Source: Phyllosticta citribraziliensis
Taxonomy: Eukaryota
Assembly: GCF_038025025.1 (NCBI RefSeq)
Contig: NW_027117342.1
Span: 806,001-870,000 of the forward strand
Reading direction: 5' to 3'
DNA: 64,000 bases
The position numbers and the translations under genes are program-made. Shown piece by piece: positions 12,009 through 25,385 of this stretch. Below the pieces are notes generated by a model. That model saw only the letters and a program-made list of their open reading frames with translations. It was not told where the DNA came from and did not search any database. Positions within the stretch are counted from its first letter, which is position 1, and each line of letters begins with the position of its first letter.

Positions 12009-12578
12009 TTGTGGGTGGGCACCCAGCGTGAGGAAGGAGCGTCCCAATGCGGTAATCGCCTAATCCTTGTCCAGCCTCACCTCACTACCATCTACTTGGG
12101 AGCATTCGAGAGCCAATTCACAGCTTCAACGAACAGGGAACATTCTTTGGCAAGCCTGCGGCTTCAACGAGCAAGGAGCGTTCGGTAACAATACTGCATC
12201 TCCAATGGACAGACTGGGAGCATTCAAGACCTGTCGCGCGTACACTGCAGACTTCGAGGATATCTGTATTAAGCTTTTATGTACCACATCAAGACCATAT
12301 GTATAGCTGTGGACAATATCTAGCGCACACCCGAAAAGCACGCACGTAATAATGCTACCATGGAACCCCGCATTGAAAGACGAACAAGTATCCTCCCCAA
12401 TCGCAATCTGAGGGTGTGGGATATACATGAGTGCTCCTATGAAACGAAAGGTAGACAGCCTATAGGGCGAAAGGATGAGAGTAGGAGAAAGGGGTAGAGT
12501 CGCGAGAAGCGTCTTTCCAGGCAGAAGCTCATCTTGCGACGGCGAGAAGAATGAGGATGACCAGCAGCCCGCGGCATG

Positions 12579-14500
12579 TTATGCACTTGTCTCGTCCACC
12601 TCGCGCATCTCGTCGCGCCGGGTGTCGACGAAGCCTTGGTCCGTCTCCAGCTCGCGGTCCATGGAGTAGGCCTTGACGAAGATGATGGTGAGGATGCCGG
12701 CGAGAGCTCCCAGGCTGCACATGACGATCCAAAGCACGTGGAGTGCGGTGATGTATGCGTCGATGAGGTCGTGGCGCACGGCGGCCATGCTGGGGTCGCC
12801 GCGCATGGCCTTGACCACGCTGACCAGCGTCGTCGCGTCCTTGCTGTACTCGGCCGCCTTGGCCGCCACGGCGGGGATGGCGGATGCGAGAAGCTTCTTC
12901 TTGACTTGGTTTTGCACCACCGTTCCACCGACTGCGACGCCCAGCGTCTGCCCAAAGTTGCGGAAGAAGGGGTTGAGGGCTGCCGCTGCGGCGACGTCAC
13001 CTTTGACTGCAGCTGCTTGGTTGCAGAGACTCATGGCTGGGTAGAGGAAACCCAAGCCCATGCCCGAGATGAGTGCCAGCGGAATCCATTCGCGAGCCGG
13101 CGTGTGTTCTTTGTACAGGATGAGGAGCCCGCTGCCGACGGTGGTGGTGAACCAACCAAAGTACATGGCCCAACGGTAGCGACCCGTCTTTGCAATGAGA
13201 ATGCCGGCAACGACGGCGGCCGGAGCTGTTGTAAAGGTCCAGGGGAAGAGCGCAATACCCGACGTCGTAGGCGACATGGACTTGGCGGCCTGAAAGTAGA
13301 GTGGCATGTAGTAGAGAGCAGACCACAGCATCATACCGTGGATGACGATGCTAAGGTAGCAGACGAGTGCCGTGACATTTTTGAACAGGGTGCCGCGGAG
13401 GATGGGCTCGGTCGGGATGTACTTTGAGTAGACGATGAAAACGAACAGACCGCAGATTCCGACGAGGAGGGGAACAAGAGTGCGCCAGTGGTCCCACGGG
13501 TACATGACACCGCCCTAGATGGTCAGTTGACGTTTCAAACACAGGAGCTCGTACGTACCCATGTGATGGGAATCAGAGTCGACGTCGTCGAAGCCACAAA
13601 CAAGAATGAGCCGATCCAGTCAATCTGTTTGAGTTTCTGAGCAAAATTGCCTGGCTTGTACTGCAGCTTCAAAAAGAGCGGAATCATGACGTATCCAATG
13701 GCGCAAAAAGGAACGTTGATCCAAAAGATCCATCGCTGTCCAATGTTAGCTTGCCGTTTCTCTTCTGTTCGATGATACTCACCCATGAGACCTTCTCTGC
13801 CAGCACTCCTCCAATGACGGGGCCAATCACACTTCCAATAGCCCACATCATGGTCACTAGACCAAGCCATTTGCCCCTCTCCTTCAGTGGGACCATGTCA
13901 GTGATGATGACACCTGTCAAGGCGGCAATTCCACCTCCTCCAATACCCTGTATCACCCTGCTGGTCAAGAGGGCCGTAAAGTCATTGGATACGGCACCGG
14001 CGATGGCGCCGACGGTGAAGAATGTGAGGGCAATGAGGAGGAGGGGTTTTCGGCCAAAGACATGAGAGAGCGAGGCAAAGCTCGGCTGAAAAACTGTTGC
14101 CGTGAGAAGAAAAGACGTGCCCGTCCAAAAGGCTTCGATTCCGGTTCCATGGAGGGCATCGGACATGACCTGAGAAGTTAGCTATATCCAGAAGGTTTCA
14201 AAGATAACTTACAGGAAGTGCCACCGAAATCGAAGTAGCATCAAGAGCGCATATCAAGTTGACAATACAAAGACAAATGAAAGCAGCTAGGAACCGCCAG
14301 CCAGGCTTAAAGTCCTCTGGTGGGGTTGTACTGGCACTTTTCAGAGTTGTCAGATCAGATAGCCCAGAAGATTTTTGTGAGTCGTTGCGGTTCAGGGCAG
14401 CATTGCTGAAACTGTTGCGCCCCGACCCGAGCTGGGACATTTCAGTGCAGGATGTCTTTGGATCACAAGGAGTGATGTCTGCCTGCGGACGAGAGTCCAT
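12579..14500 (-). CDS. MFS drug:H+ antiporter-like transporter (DHA2/14-TMS type), 4 exons
   Basis: LICALDATSISVALP, FWTGTSFLL, SHVFGRKP, RVIQGIGGGG, WRWIFWINVP across splices, and many TM segments. Introns near 14170-14211, 13737-13781 and 13515-13558. Confidence 0.92.
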
Positions 14501-17500
14501 CGTGGGTGACGAGAGGAGAGTGACTGAGGGCAGAAGGACGGCTGCTGTGGGATCAGAAGGAGGGAACTGACCGAGCCATAGATATAACTTCTTTGCAAGT
14601 AAACCGTCTGCTACGGCATTGGGAGGACGAATCAATCAATGCAGGGGAGTGGGTCTTGCAGCCAGGGAGTAAAAAAGGAATTTCAATCCGGGCATGCTTG
14701 ACAAGACGTCTCATAACGGCTGGATTGTTGTCCTAGCACATGTCCCAAAACGTCACACGAGGCAGCCTTCCGGAATGGCTTGCAGTAGTTTTTCAGGACC
14801 AACGGCGTCGCGGACGGGATCTGACTTGGCTCTAGCCCAGCTTTTGGGTTGTACCGCCTCGAACTGGCACCATTGGCTCGGCAAGTCTTCGTCCTGGTTC
14901 TGGCGGCCCTGTCGGACGGCTGCAGGCGGGAACCTTATAGCTTAGCATGCTGACTGCGCACTCAAGTTTGACGCCTATGTGATGCGCTGGACGACGATTG
15001 ATGCGAGACGGAGAATCGCCCTGGCAACCTCGTCGAGGCGAGAGCTGGCGAGCGGAGGTGGCCATCGGGAACAATCGGCAAAGTCGAGCCGTCGCCTGCG
15101 CTTGTCTGAATGTTTGCATCGTCGCGATGAGATGACCCAGGAGGGCGAGAGGTGGGTTGGTGTTGACAGGGGATGCCAGCGGCTACAGGGCGCCGAGGCT
15201 GAGATAAACGACGACGCCTCTCGTAGCTCGACCCCGACCCTCAACCTCCAACATCCAACCCACTCCAATTCAGCTCGGCGCTTTCCGCGCTTCGTGTCTG
15301 CGTTTCGACAGAGTATACGTGCCGATGCCGTCACGACGCAGCTAGCGGCAGCTTCAAGACGCGCCGGCTGAAATTCGTCAGCCTGCCCACACCACAAACG
15401 AAATCGCGGCCCGTCGATCAAGCTCATGCATGGACCGGCTTCGCGACCTCACATCTGTGGCTTGCCTGGCTCGGCGACTCTACAGCATCTTGCTAGCTAC
15501 GCATCAAACATGTTCCCCTCTTCATGCGGCACCTTTACATGGACGGCCTTGGCTATGACGACTGCTCTGGCTGTGCAAACCTACCGCTTGAGAGACTTCA
15601 TCTCTCGCATGCATCTGCAATCCTGCTCGACTGCAGATCATCTCAACAAAGATCCGTTGAAGAATAGGCAAGCAATCGGTGGTTCTAATACTGGAATACC
15701 TCCTGGCCACATGGCCGGCCTGTCGTCAATTGATTGAACAGTCACGATGCCTTTGTCTATTTGACATGCCACCGCACGGTCTCAGCGCACGGCTGCGAAT
15801 GGTGATCAGGCAAGAGTGATGAGGCCAGTGCAGCTTTATCAAATGCAAAAGAAAGTTGCAAAATGTTTCTGACGTACACAGTGTCCGAAATGGAATTGTA
15901 CAACCACGAGGTATTCGTTCCAAATGGCGAGAGATGGCAAGCATTATATCCTCACCAACCTCGTCCTCAACTCCAAAGCAGCAAAAATGTCGCGCGATTG
16001 TCTCCATCTCGTTGCCGGGTCGGTCACTTACTACACTCTTCGTCCTCTGATATTGTGCCATGCCATCGGCACGACAGCTCTGTCAACAGCGCGCGCCATT
16101 TACATAATGTCAAGAAAAGAGGATGATCCGCCTCCGTCGAAACCGAGCGCCCACGAACTGGCAGTCGAAGCCGAAGCAGCGCGTTATGAAAGACTTTTAC
16201 ACGAGCATCTCTCGAAACTGGCTACACCTCCTCCAAGGCCCATCAGCCACGAAATTCCCAGCGAAAAGGCGAGAAAATCTACAAGTTTCATCACAATAGC
16301 CGAAGTACCATGCCATTCAAACCCGTCACGCCAAAAGCACCACTCGTTTTTGCCAAGGATTCGCATCGACATTCATCTGGATGTTTACCCAACTGCCTGC
16401 GACTGATCAGGATCCACCATTTCAGTTTACGACATCATTCTGGATACGCCTAGAAAGTCAAACCAGACTTCAAAAGGCAGCAATCAGACCGCTCGTTTCA
16501 TGAGACAGTCAACGCTCCTTTACGACATTTCCTTGGCCATCCGCATGAAAGTAGCCACTACCATGACGAGTCGATGATCCGCTCCACTGGAGAGATCGCC
16601 AGTACCGCATGCTTAGCGCTGCAAAGTCCCTGGTCATCCGAGTGGCGTTCCACAGTCCAGTCTCGTGGTACCGTCCCAAATCGCCGCAAACCGGTATCTG
16701 CAGCAAAGCGTAGCGCGGCTTCCAGATGAGGTTGGATTGCAATGGCGGCCGCAAGCACCGACCACTAGACGAATATGGAGGCAAAAGCCGGGAACATCCC
16801 AGTTGCAAGATGTTGAATTTCAGCCTCTTGATTCACTTTGCTACAGCATCCGTACCTCGGCGGAGAGAGTGGAATTTCATATATCCAAAATTTCTGCTCA
16901 TCACGAATTCCTGAAACTAAACAGAATTAATGAAACACGTTTTCGCTGCACATGTAGTGTAACGACAGTTTGCTTTTCGCGCCCATCTCGTGTTCGAGAA
17001 TTTTCTATTCGTCGAGAGCTTCTGATTTGTCTCAAGCACAATCCACCGTTGATTTCATCCCGACGCCTCTAACTCTAGGCGGCCACTGGCTCACCACCTT
17101 GGACGATCGGCGCAAAAGCAAAAACGGAATCAACGACACCACAAACATGCCGTGTGATGCTTCCGGCTGTAACAGCTACCGAGTGCGAAAGACGAATTCG
17201 AAGACGAGCCAACCGCAAGGCCAGAAACACGAGCCATCGCTGATGGACCAATCGCCCCCACGATCAATTCCATACACACTTGAAGATCTTCCAACTGCAG
17301 ACGCTGTGAAGGCCTGGACACTTCCAAATACGACCGCCTCGGCCCAGGCACCTCATGCCAACCAAAAACAGCCACCACGTGCGGCATTGGTTTTGGATCA
17401 AAAGAAAAACCGGGAAGAGAAACAAGAGGCAAAGCTTGTTCAAGACAACGGGTGGATGCGGAGAATTCACCACTCAAGAAGCGTCAACATGAGATGCAAA

Positions 17501-19759
17501 ATGCCGACAATAAGCATCATCAGTACCAGCCAACAGGTGCAAGATTCGAGCTCCGCGGAGAGTCCAGAGTAGTCGAGCGGCTATCTATGGCACGACTTTC
17601 GACAGCAAGCCACAACCGCCACCGCACTACCATCAGTCTCTCCTCTGCCCTATCTCAAACACCACCACGAGACAAGACATGGGCCGCGCTCCGGTCTCGC
17701 TCACCCACGGCCACACGCATGGCATCCGTCTCTCGCCGAAGGCGCGCAGTACGCGGCCTGGACCGACGGCGCGCAAGCGCAACCGTAACCATAACGCTCC
17801 GCTCGCACGCACGCTCGCAAAGGCAAAACGCAAAAGCCAAATGCAAATCCAACAGCGCAAGAGCTGGCTCGCGAGTGGGCGCTTCCAGCAGCAGGCAGGC
17901 AAGCTAGGCGCTAGCCAGCGACGGCGCGGCCGCGGCGGCGGGCGAGCGGAGACTTTACTTTGTCTTTGTCAGCTCAAAAGCATGCCCATCTACCTATGTA
18001 GCTAGGTGTTTTGCTCAGCTCGTCCGCGCTACCCTCCACATGCTTCCTCGCTCTTCTCCCACTCTACTCACTCTACTCTGCGCTGTCTCACAGACTGACC
18101 GAAAGCAACACCACGCCTTCAGTAGTCTGCTGGGTGACGCATGTAGGCGACGAATTGCGCGTGGGGCGGCACTACTTCGTTTGTACCCTGCTGGCTGCTC
18201 ACTCGCCTACTCTCGCCTCCATTCGAGCTATTACGCGATCGATTGGGCTCGTCTGCCAGGCAGTTGTAGCGCAGTGGCGAGGCGAAGCTGCGCCTCGAGC
18301 AGACCAGCAGCGACAACATAATGGCATAAGTAACAAAACCCCAGGAGCCAGTGGCCCAGGCAAGGGCATGAGGCGGGAACTACCCAGTCAGCCGGTGGCG
18401 AGCATCGCTCACTCCAGCTCAGTGGCAACGCACATAGGGCAGAGCGCAGCAACGAGCAGTTCCCTCAGCCGTAGGCAGCCAGTGCGTAGTGGGGTGGCGG
18501 GACATGGAGGGGTAGAAGAGAGAGGGGTATCCTTCTACCCCTCCACCCATCGTCTGTCTGGTGCCTTGGCAGGTCCTCCGTGTCGGTGGCGTAGGCACTC
18601 CCAGAGCAGTCCATGAGACGGATCACCGCCTTGGCAGGCCAGCGCTCCGCCCCTCAAGTGTATGATGGTGATGACGCAAGAGCCCGCATAGACTGGACAC
18701 CATAGAGCTGGCTGTGGCGCTATAGGGCAGATGTTAAGACCAGGGACGCTGGGCAAACCACTGCCTGGTGCGCACCGCGCATCCATAGTAAACAGGCCAA
18801 TCACTGTCCGTCCGGAGGTCCAGAAGCACGGAGGTGCCGCCGTGCGTGTGTATCTAGACGTGGCTATCGCTCGCGCGCTGTCATATCAAAGTCGCAATTA
18901 AGTTGAGCTGAAAGCGCTGCGCTGCGCTCTGCAAGACAGCATGAGTAGGCACAGCAGACTTGATCAGGAAAGGAACGGAGCTGCGCGGACCGACCTCCTG
19001 GGGTTGCTGGCTTGCATCAGAGACGACTACGGAGAGAGATAGACAAGACGACTTACTGACCGGCTGACTGCAGTTTCGATTTTCCCCCAGCTCGCATGTA
19101 CGTCGAGTCTCGCCTGACCGGGCATGTCATAGAGGGCGTTTGTAGAACTTATCCTGCAGGGAGGCTAGGCGAAGGTGATCGAGGTGGCGAGAGGTGTGGT
19201 CAGCGTTGAGGCAGATTGATGGACCTGTGTCTGGCTTGGGAAAGTGGTGAAAGAGGCGACTTCTTGCTTTTACAACTCGGAAAGGTGTCCGAGTACGAGG
19301 AGGATTGAAGATGGAGCCAATCTGTTGATGTCGGCCTGAAGCTGGGCTGCCTGAACGCAAGCTATCAAATGTGGAAATGGTGAAAGTCGTGAAGGAGATA
19401 GATAGACAACCATGGAGTCAGAGCGTCAGGAAGCCGATTACCCGCCATATTGTAGCACGGCAGGTTCGCAACTCACAGCGCACCTGAAGATCTGATCTTG
19501 GAAAAGGCAAATAGTAAAAAGAACAGACTGCTTTGAAGCAAGAAATCTAAACCAGCCTTCTCAATACCAAAACCACAAGTGATAACGACAGAGGGAACGA
19601 AAAGACCAGGACCAACGCAACACTGACCGGCAAGAAATTTCAAGACAACGCCAACCAGCTTCTGAGATTCAGACTGCCCCTCACCAGCATGTACGGTGAT
19701 CAAGGAAGGCTTTTGCAGTCATCGCGCCTTGCTCAATCGCTCACTCGCTTAAACGCTCA

Positions 19760-22312
19760 CTAGTTGCTGAGAGCCAGACACGCATCGACTGCCAACCCGA
19801 CTCTGAAAACGTTAGCATATTGAAATCTTCGTGCTTTTGGTCTTACCGTCCGTCCTTCATCCTCACCACGTCGTCAATTACGTCCCTGTCCAGACCGGGA
19901 AACATGCCCACCAAAGTATCTACAACGACCTTGTGCTCCTGCCGTTGGATTCTGAGCGCCTCCTCGGTATCTACGCTCGCCTGGCGTGCCTCTGCATCTT
20001 CGACGCTCGCTTGTTGCAGTTGTCGTTGTTGCTCTGCGCTTAGCCTACCTGCCGCACTCATTGGCTCGTCAGTATGCCGACGAAATGGATGTGCTCGAGA
20101 TCCTGGGTATAGTGACGCACCAGAGGTTTGTTGCTGGCTGCTCGAGGATTTTTCGTTTGTGGAATCATCAGAAAAGATACGCCCAATCGTAGACAGTGGA
20201 CGTTGGATGGTGCGCAAGAGACCAGCGACAGCAGCATTGTCACCGTCCTCAGAATCTTGCTGTTGGTGACTGGAGCTAGCTCGTACCGAATTGTTGCGTG
20301 CGGGAATGCGTTCGGCGTCGAGAGAGTTGCGTGGAGTGACTTCGGCTCGACTGAGAGCGGATTTTTCATATATGTGCATGCCCCCAGGGGCAGGAGAAGG
20401 GTGGCGGTTGGTCGACGGGCGCGACTGGAATTGGCGTTCTTGATCCAGAGAGTTTCTCTCTGCAATGGCAGACACCGAGGCCTCTACATTTTTCTCAAAA
20501 TCCTCGTCGCTTATTGTCAAGCTCGTACGGTCGAGATTCTCGATGAATTGAATAGCCCCCATCTACGAGATTAGCACGAGTCAGAGAATCGACCAGCAGA
20601 CGTACCAATGAAGATATGTAATATCCCGTTTCTCCACCGAGCTTATCAGGGTTGCGGAAACGCAAAATGTACTGCACGTTTGACACGAGATGATCCGGAT
20701 TGGCGCGGAGGACCGTGAATATCAACAATGGAACAAAGGAATCGGCAGATTGATCCGACTGTGCATTTTTCAAGAAGCCTGTGTTGTCAGTATCGTCCAA
20801 GCCGCGATTGGTTCAACTCACCAAATATTACTTTGCAGCAGTTGAGGATGCAAATCACCTTGTCCCTCGGCGCTCGGTAATTCCTGATTTTGAGTAGCTC
20901 TGAACCATGTTAGCCCAGTTTGGAACAAGATCTCTGATCCTACCTTGTTGAGCCAATTTCAAAAACTTGGTTCCCTTTTCATCCACGGGCTTGATATCGA
21001 GATGTTCTTCCCTGACCCAGCTGTAGATGCGAATCTTTTGAGCCAGAACCTCGTCCCTCTCCACGTCTTCTTGATGTTGGCCGCGTCTACCTGGACCCTG
21101 TTGCGGTGCTCGCCTTCTGTTCTTCCCAAACATTGGCTCAGGAGGTGGAATGGCCGGGGAGAAAGTCTGCGTGTACAGCCTATTCATGACCAGCTTCTCC
21201 ATACCCTCTCTTGCGTTGTCAAACTCGGCGTCCGAGACTGCCCGCCAAACTTCACACTGTGCCATCTTTTTACTTATGAATTCGAGAAAGTCGCTTATGA
21301 TCTTGACCTGCTCGTGCACCATCCATTGCTTCTTGCCAAATTCGTAGAGAAATGACCGCAAGAACTTGGCAACAGGATCCGCGGTACGGTGACGTAGCTG
21401 CTCGAGGAATCGGTGAAAGTCGAATGGGAGATCGGGCTCCGGATCTGGCTCAGGAGGGGGAGGCTTGTGAAGATTGGGTGCCGGCTGGGCGGCACTCGAC
21501 GCAGGTCCTTTTTCTTTTTGAGGAGGTTCTTGAGACGGCTGGGACTGCATCGCCGGCTCCGGAGCGGACGCTTCTTGTCTATCCATTTGCTCAGAACTGC
21601 TTCGCTCTGGAGGCTGCAGGCTGGACTTTCGTGGAGGAAAAGAAGATGTCCCAAACATGGGATTCGCCTTTTCAAGCCGCGGGGACATGATCTCATCCAT
21701 TCCAGGCCCCTCTGCCCCCTCGCCAAACTGATCCATTATGCTTTGTATTTCCGACCTCGAATCGTCACCGCCTCCGGAGGTTACCGCAGCCTCTTGACCG
21801 TCGTCTTTCTCGCTAAAGGCAGCAAAGCTGTCGTCTTGAGGATCGATGGACATGTCGGCGTGTTTCGGGGGTGTCTCAGGCAGGCGCGAGGGCGGGTTGG
21901 CTCTGTCGAATGAATTTGTCCATTTTTGATGGGACTGTCGAGGAGAGGAGGGCGAGTTCGAGGATGGGTCTGTGCCTTGGGTGGAGGCGTCTGCTATCGA
22001 TAGCCCATCCATTTGGGCCGAGGGAGCTTGTTGTGGGATTTGCGGAGGTTTGGGGTGGTTCTGAGCGGAGGCTTCGGGGGGTGGAGAATTGTCATTCATG
22101 TTTGCGGCGCGATTGAAGGTGTCCTCCGCTGGGGGCGCAGTGTGGCTCTCAGCATTCTTCGGCGCATGTCCTTCTCCTCGAGGTTGGGCTGGTGTTGGGC
22201 TGTCGGGAGCAGGATCAGGAGGGGCAGCGGAGCGGGGGGTCGAGGCGGACACGGAGGCAGGCGACAGCGGGAGCTGCTTGTCGGTGGATGGCGGGAGCGC
22301 GGGAGCAGACAT
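19760..22312 (-). CDS. VPS9: Vps9 Rab5-family guanine nucleotide exchange factor with C-terminal CUE domain (multi-exon)
   Basis: [67 protein letters not shown], and CUE motif [14 protein letters not shown]...VDACL. Confidence 0.93.
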
Positions 22313-22512
22313 AAAACCGTGAATGAGCGAGGAGACGGCAATGGTGTCTAGCACGCAGCGAAGGTGTTGTCCGTTGGAGTGTCAAGGGACGAGGGACGAA
22401 GGCGGGGAGGCCAGTCGACATGGTGCGCCGGCGGTAGGGCTTAGCTCTGGTGACATGGATGCGCACCGCGTCGTCATGCCCGCCAAGCCTCTCTTTCTCT
22501 TCAACACCACCC

Positions 22513-24282
22513 ATGTGCGGCATCTTTGCCTCTATCAGTCGCCATGACCCCATCCATCCGGATCCGACCGTCACGAGACTCCTTCGCAATCGCGGTCCCG
22601 ATAGCCAGCAGACGCTCGTCCGCTCCGTAGACGGATGCCACCTGGTTCTGCATGCCACCGTCCTTGCTCTCCGCGGGACGTCTATTGTCTCACAACCGCT
22701 CCTCGACAGGGACTCGGGCTCTGTCCTCTGCTGGAACGGCGAAGCTTGGGAGATTGATCGAGAACCTGTCCTTGGCAATGACTCTGAGGCTGTCCTTGAC
22801 CTCTTTGTAGACGCGTGCCACAACGGCGGCATCGCCCGCGCCATTTCCCGCATTCGAGGCCCATATGCATTCGTCTTTTACGACGCGCCTCACCGTCGTC
22901 TCTACTTTGGCAGAGACTGCCTGGGTAGGCGCTCGTTGCTGCTTGCCGAGCAGGCAGGCAACCTGATGTTATCAAGCATTTGCGACTACAAGGTGAGCAA
23001 CGAATGGCGTGAAGTCGAAGCCGACGGCATCTTCTTCGTCGACTTGGACCACGCGGACAAAATCAGTTGCATTCCCTACGTTTGCAATGCCGCCGACGAT
23101 GCTTTGGTAAGTGGTTTCTATTTTGATGTTCAACGCCTAACGGCTCCAGACTCTGCCATATCCAGGGCTCAACATGACCTTGCCCGAGGAAAAGCCCCCA
23201 CAACTTTCTCAAGATTCGCAGGCTGTGGCAGACATTCAAAGAGCGCTGGAAAGATCGTTAAGATTGCGTTTGAATTGCGGAGCCAGCCATTCCGAACATG
23301 CGATTTTGTTTTCTGGTGGTCTCGACTGCACATTGCTTGCTCGCATCGCTCATGAAATCCTCCCTCCCGAGATCTCTGTCGATCTCTTGAATGTGGCTTT
23401 CGAGAACCCGCGAGTCCATCGCGCTCCCGCGGGAATCGTCCCAGCCGACTACTCACCTTATGAGCTTTGCCCTGATCGAATCACAGGCAGAACTTCGCAC
23501 GCCGAGCTTTGCAAAGTCTGTCCACAACGCATCTGGAGATTTGTCGAGGTCAATGTGCCGTACTCGGAAACATTGGCTCATCGCGACAGTGTAATCACTT
23601 TGATGCATCCGCACAAGACTGAGATGGACCTTTCCATCGCCTACGCACTTTACTTTGCCTCTCGAGGGCTAGGTGTGGTAAATCAAAAGGTGGAATACAA
23701 AACCCCAGCGCGAATCCTGCTGTCTGGGCTTGGGGCAGATGAACTTTTCGGTGGATACCAACGACACGGCACCGCCTTCTCTCGAAAAGGCTTTCTCGGA
23801 TTGGCTGAGGAGCTTGAGCTTGACATTACTCGACTACCCAAGCGAAACCTGGGGCGCGACGATCGTGTCATTTCTGACTCGGGAAGAGAAGTCCGATTTC
23901 CATTCCTCGACGAAGAATTGCTAAACTGGGCATTGGCTGCGCCTGTATGGGAGAAGACTGGATTTGGACAAGACGACATCTCCGTCGGAGGCTCGGAGAT
24001 TTCATTGGATGCCGAGAAAAGGGTCTTGCGGCTGTTGGCTTCGAAGCTTGGGATGGTTCGTGTGGCGTCGGAAAAGAAGCGGGCCGTGAGTGTTCTCACA
24101 AATCCATCACGCAACAGCTAACAAAAGCAGATCCAGTTTGGAGCGCGCACGGCCAAGATGGAAGCCGGCAAAACCAAGGGGACGCATGCGATCAAGGTAT
24201 GTGCGTTTCTTTTTTGAGCTGTCAAGTGGCGGTGATGATGGGGTGGGAGCTTGCACTTCCGCCCTGCTTATATTTGATGTGA
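22513..24282 (+). CDS. Asparagine synthetase domain-containing protein (ASNSD1/YML096W-like); 3' end uncertain
   Basis: MCGIF N-terminus, RGPD, WNGE, GRDCLGRRSL, LFSGGLDC, CPDRITG, LSGLGADELFGGY, RNLGRDDRV, IQFGARTAKM. Introns at about 23107-23149 and 24086-24130; a further GTATGT donor at 24197 is possible. Confidence 0.9.
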
Positions 24283-25385
24283 GACACGTGTGCTTGGACA
24301 ACCAGCTTGCTCAGGAGTTGACCTGTGTTTCGGCATTGAGTCCGCTAACCGGCAGCTCTGGAGAGCAGCAGACAAGTGCAGTCATTGATCAACCAAAGGC
24401 AAGGCTGAGCCATGAGATCTGCTGGAATCACGAGAGATGTGCTTTTACATAGGACCGAAAGCTAACAGCGATTGTAGGGCTAGCAAACCCTGAGACCCTG
24501 CGGAGATGAGCTCATGTCCGGAAAAGCGGTTGGAGGTCGAAGCGACGATGGGGAAGGTCGGTGCAACTCGTACTCGGCTGTCGCAAAAGATTCAACGCCA
24601 AAAGGCACTTGGCGACAGATTGGCGCGGGAATGGTGATCTCAAAACATGGCGAGAGTCGTTGGGTCGCGGGACAGCAAATCTGGCGATCCAAAACTAACA
24701 ACGGAAAAAGACGTGTAGAGGGAGACATGTAGTGGACGTTGCGCCGAACAAACAAGCCTTTCAAAGTTGACAGGGGGCAACACAGACCATCGCCGTGCAC
24801 CAGCCGAGCCGGAAATGCAAAATACCCGCTTCGGCACGCGCCGCCCCCTTGCTTCTCCTTTCGCCTCTATCAACGCTCAACTCTTCCACGCACAAGCTGC
24901 CGGTGGCGCCGATACACAGCCAAGATGGAATCCCACCTCGCGCGCTCGAGACGGTGGCACCGCCATGTACACTACCAGTTTGATCACCATGCGTGTAGCA
25001 GAGACCCACCAATCACCTCGTGTTTTTCGTACTTTTTCTTTCAGAATCAAAAGCGTGCACTCTGATTTAGCGACGGCAGTGCGGACCCCCTTTAATGTGG
25101 CCCACCAAGCGCATCCGTGGGTTTCACCCGCGCAGACCACCCCTCGCCGAGAGCCACCGTCCGTGTCGCGCTACGACCCAGTGCCACCCTTCTCTTTGCG
25201 CCTGCTCTCCCCTTCTTTTCTTATCAAGTGCCCGCCTCTAGCTCTCCTGGTGTCGTTCAGCACCGTCCGCTCTTTTGGCTTGTGGAAAAAGCCACCGTCG
25301 TTCTTTACACCACCATAGCGTTCAGGGACCGTGCAGTCCATCCACCAACTCTACGTTTCACGGCGTCCAAGATACCAGCCACAAC

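Larger units (their letters stand above)
10210..12427. mobile_element. Candidate inserted element: TGTA...TACA termini flanked by an 11-bp direct repeat, carrying one GIY-YIG-like ORF
   Basis: TGAGTGCTCCT at 10199-10209 and 12428-12438. The enclosed segment starts TGTA (10210) and ends TACA (12427) and lies between two convergent genes. Confidence 0.5.

Noticed and set aside
12576..13427. Long antisense ORFs (also 4203-4817, 41708-42373, 52205-53197, 62743-63504)
   Set aside because: They shadow well-supported genes on the other strand, as expected from high GC3 codon bias, and show no motifs.
18260..18330. tRNA-like A-box TAGCGCAGTGG
   Set aside because: No T-arm GTTCRA or closing acceptor stem downstream.
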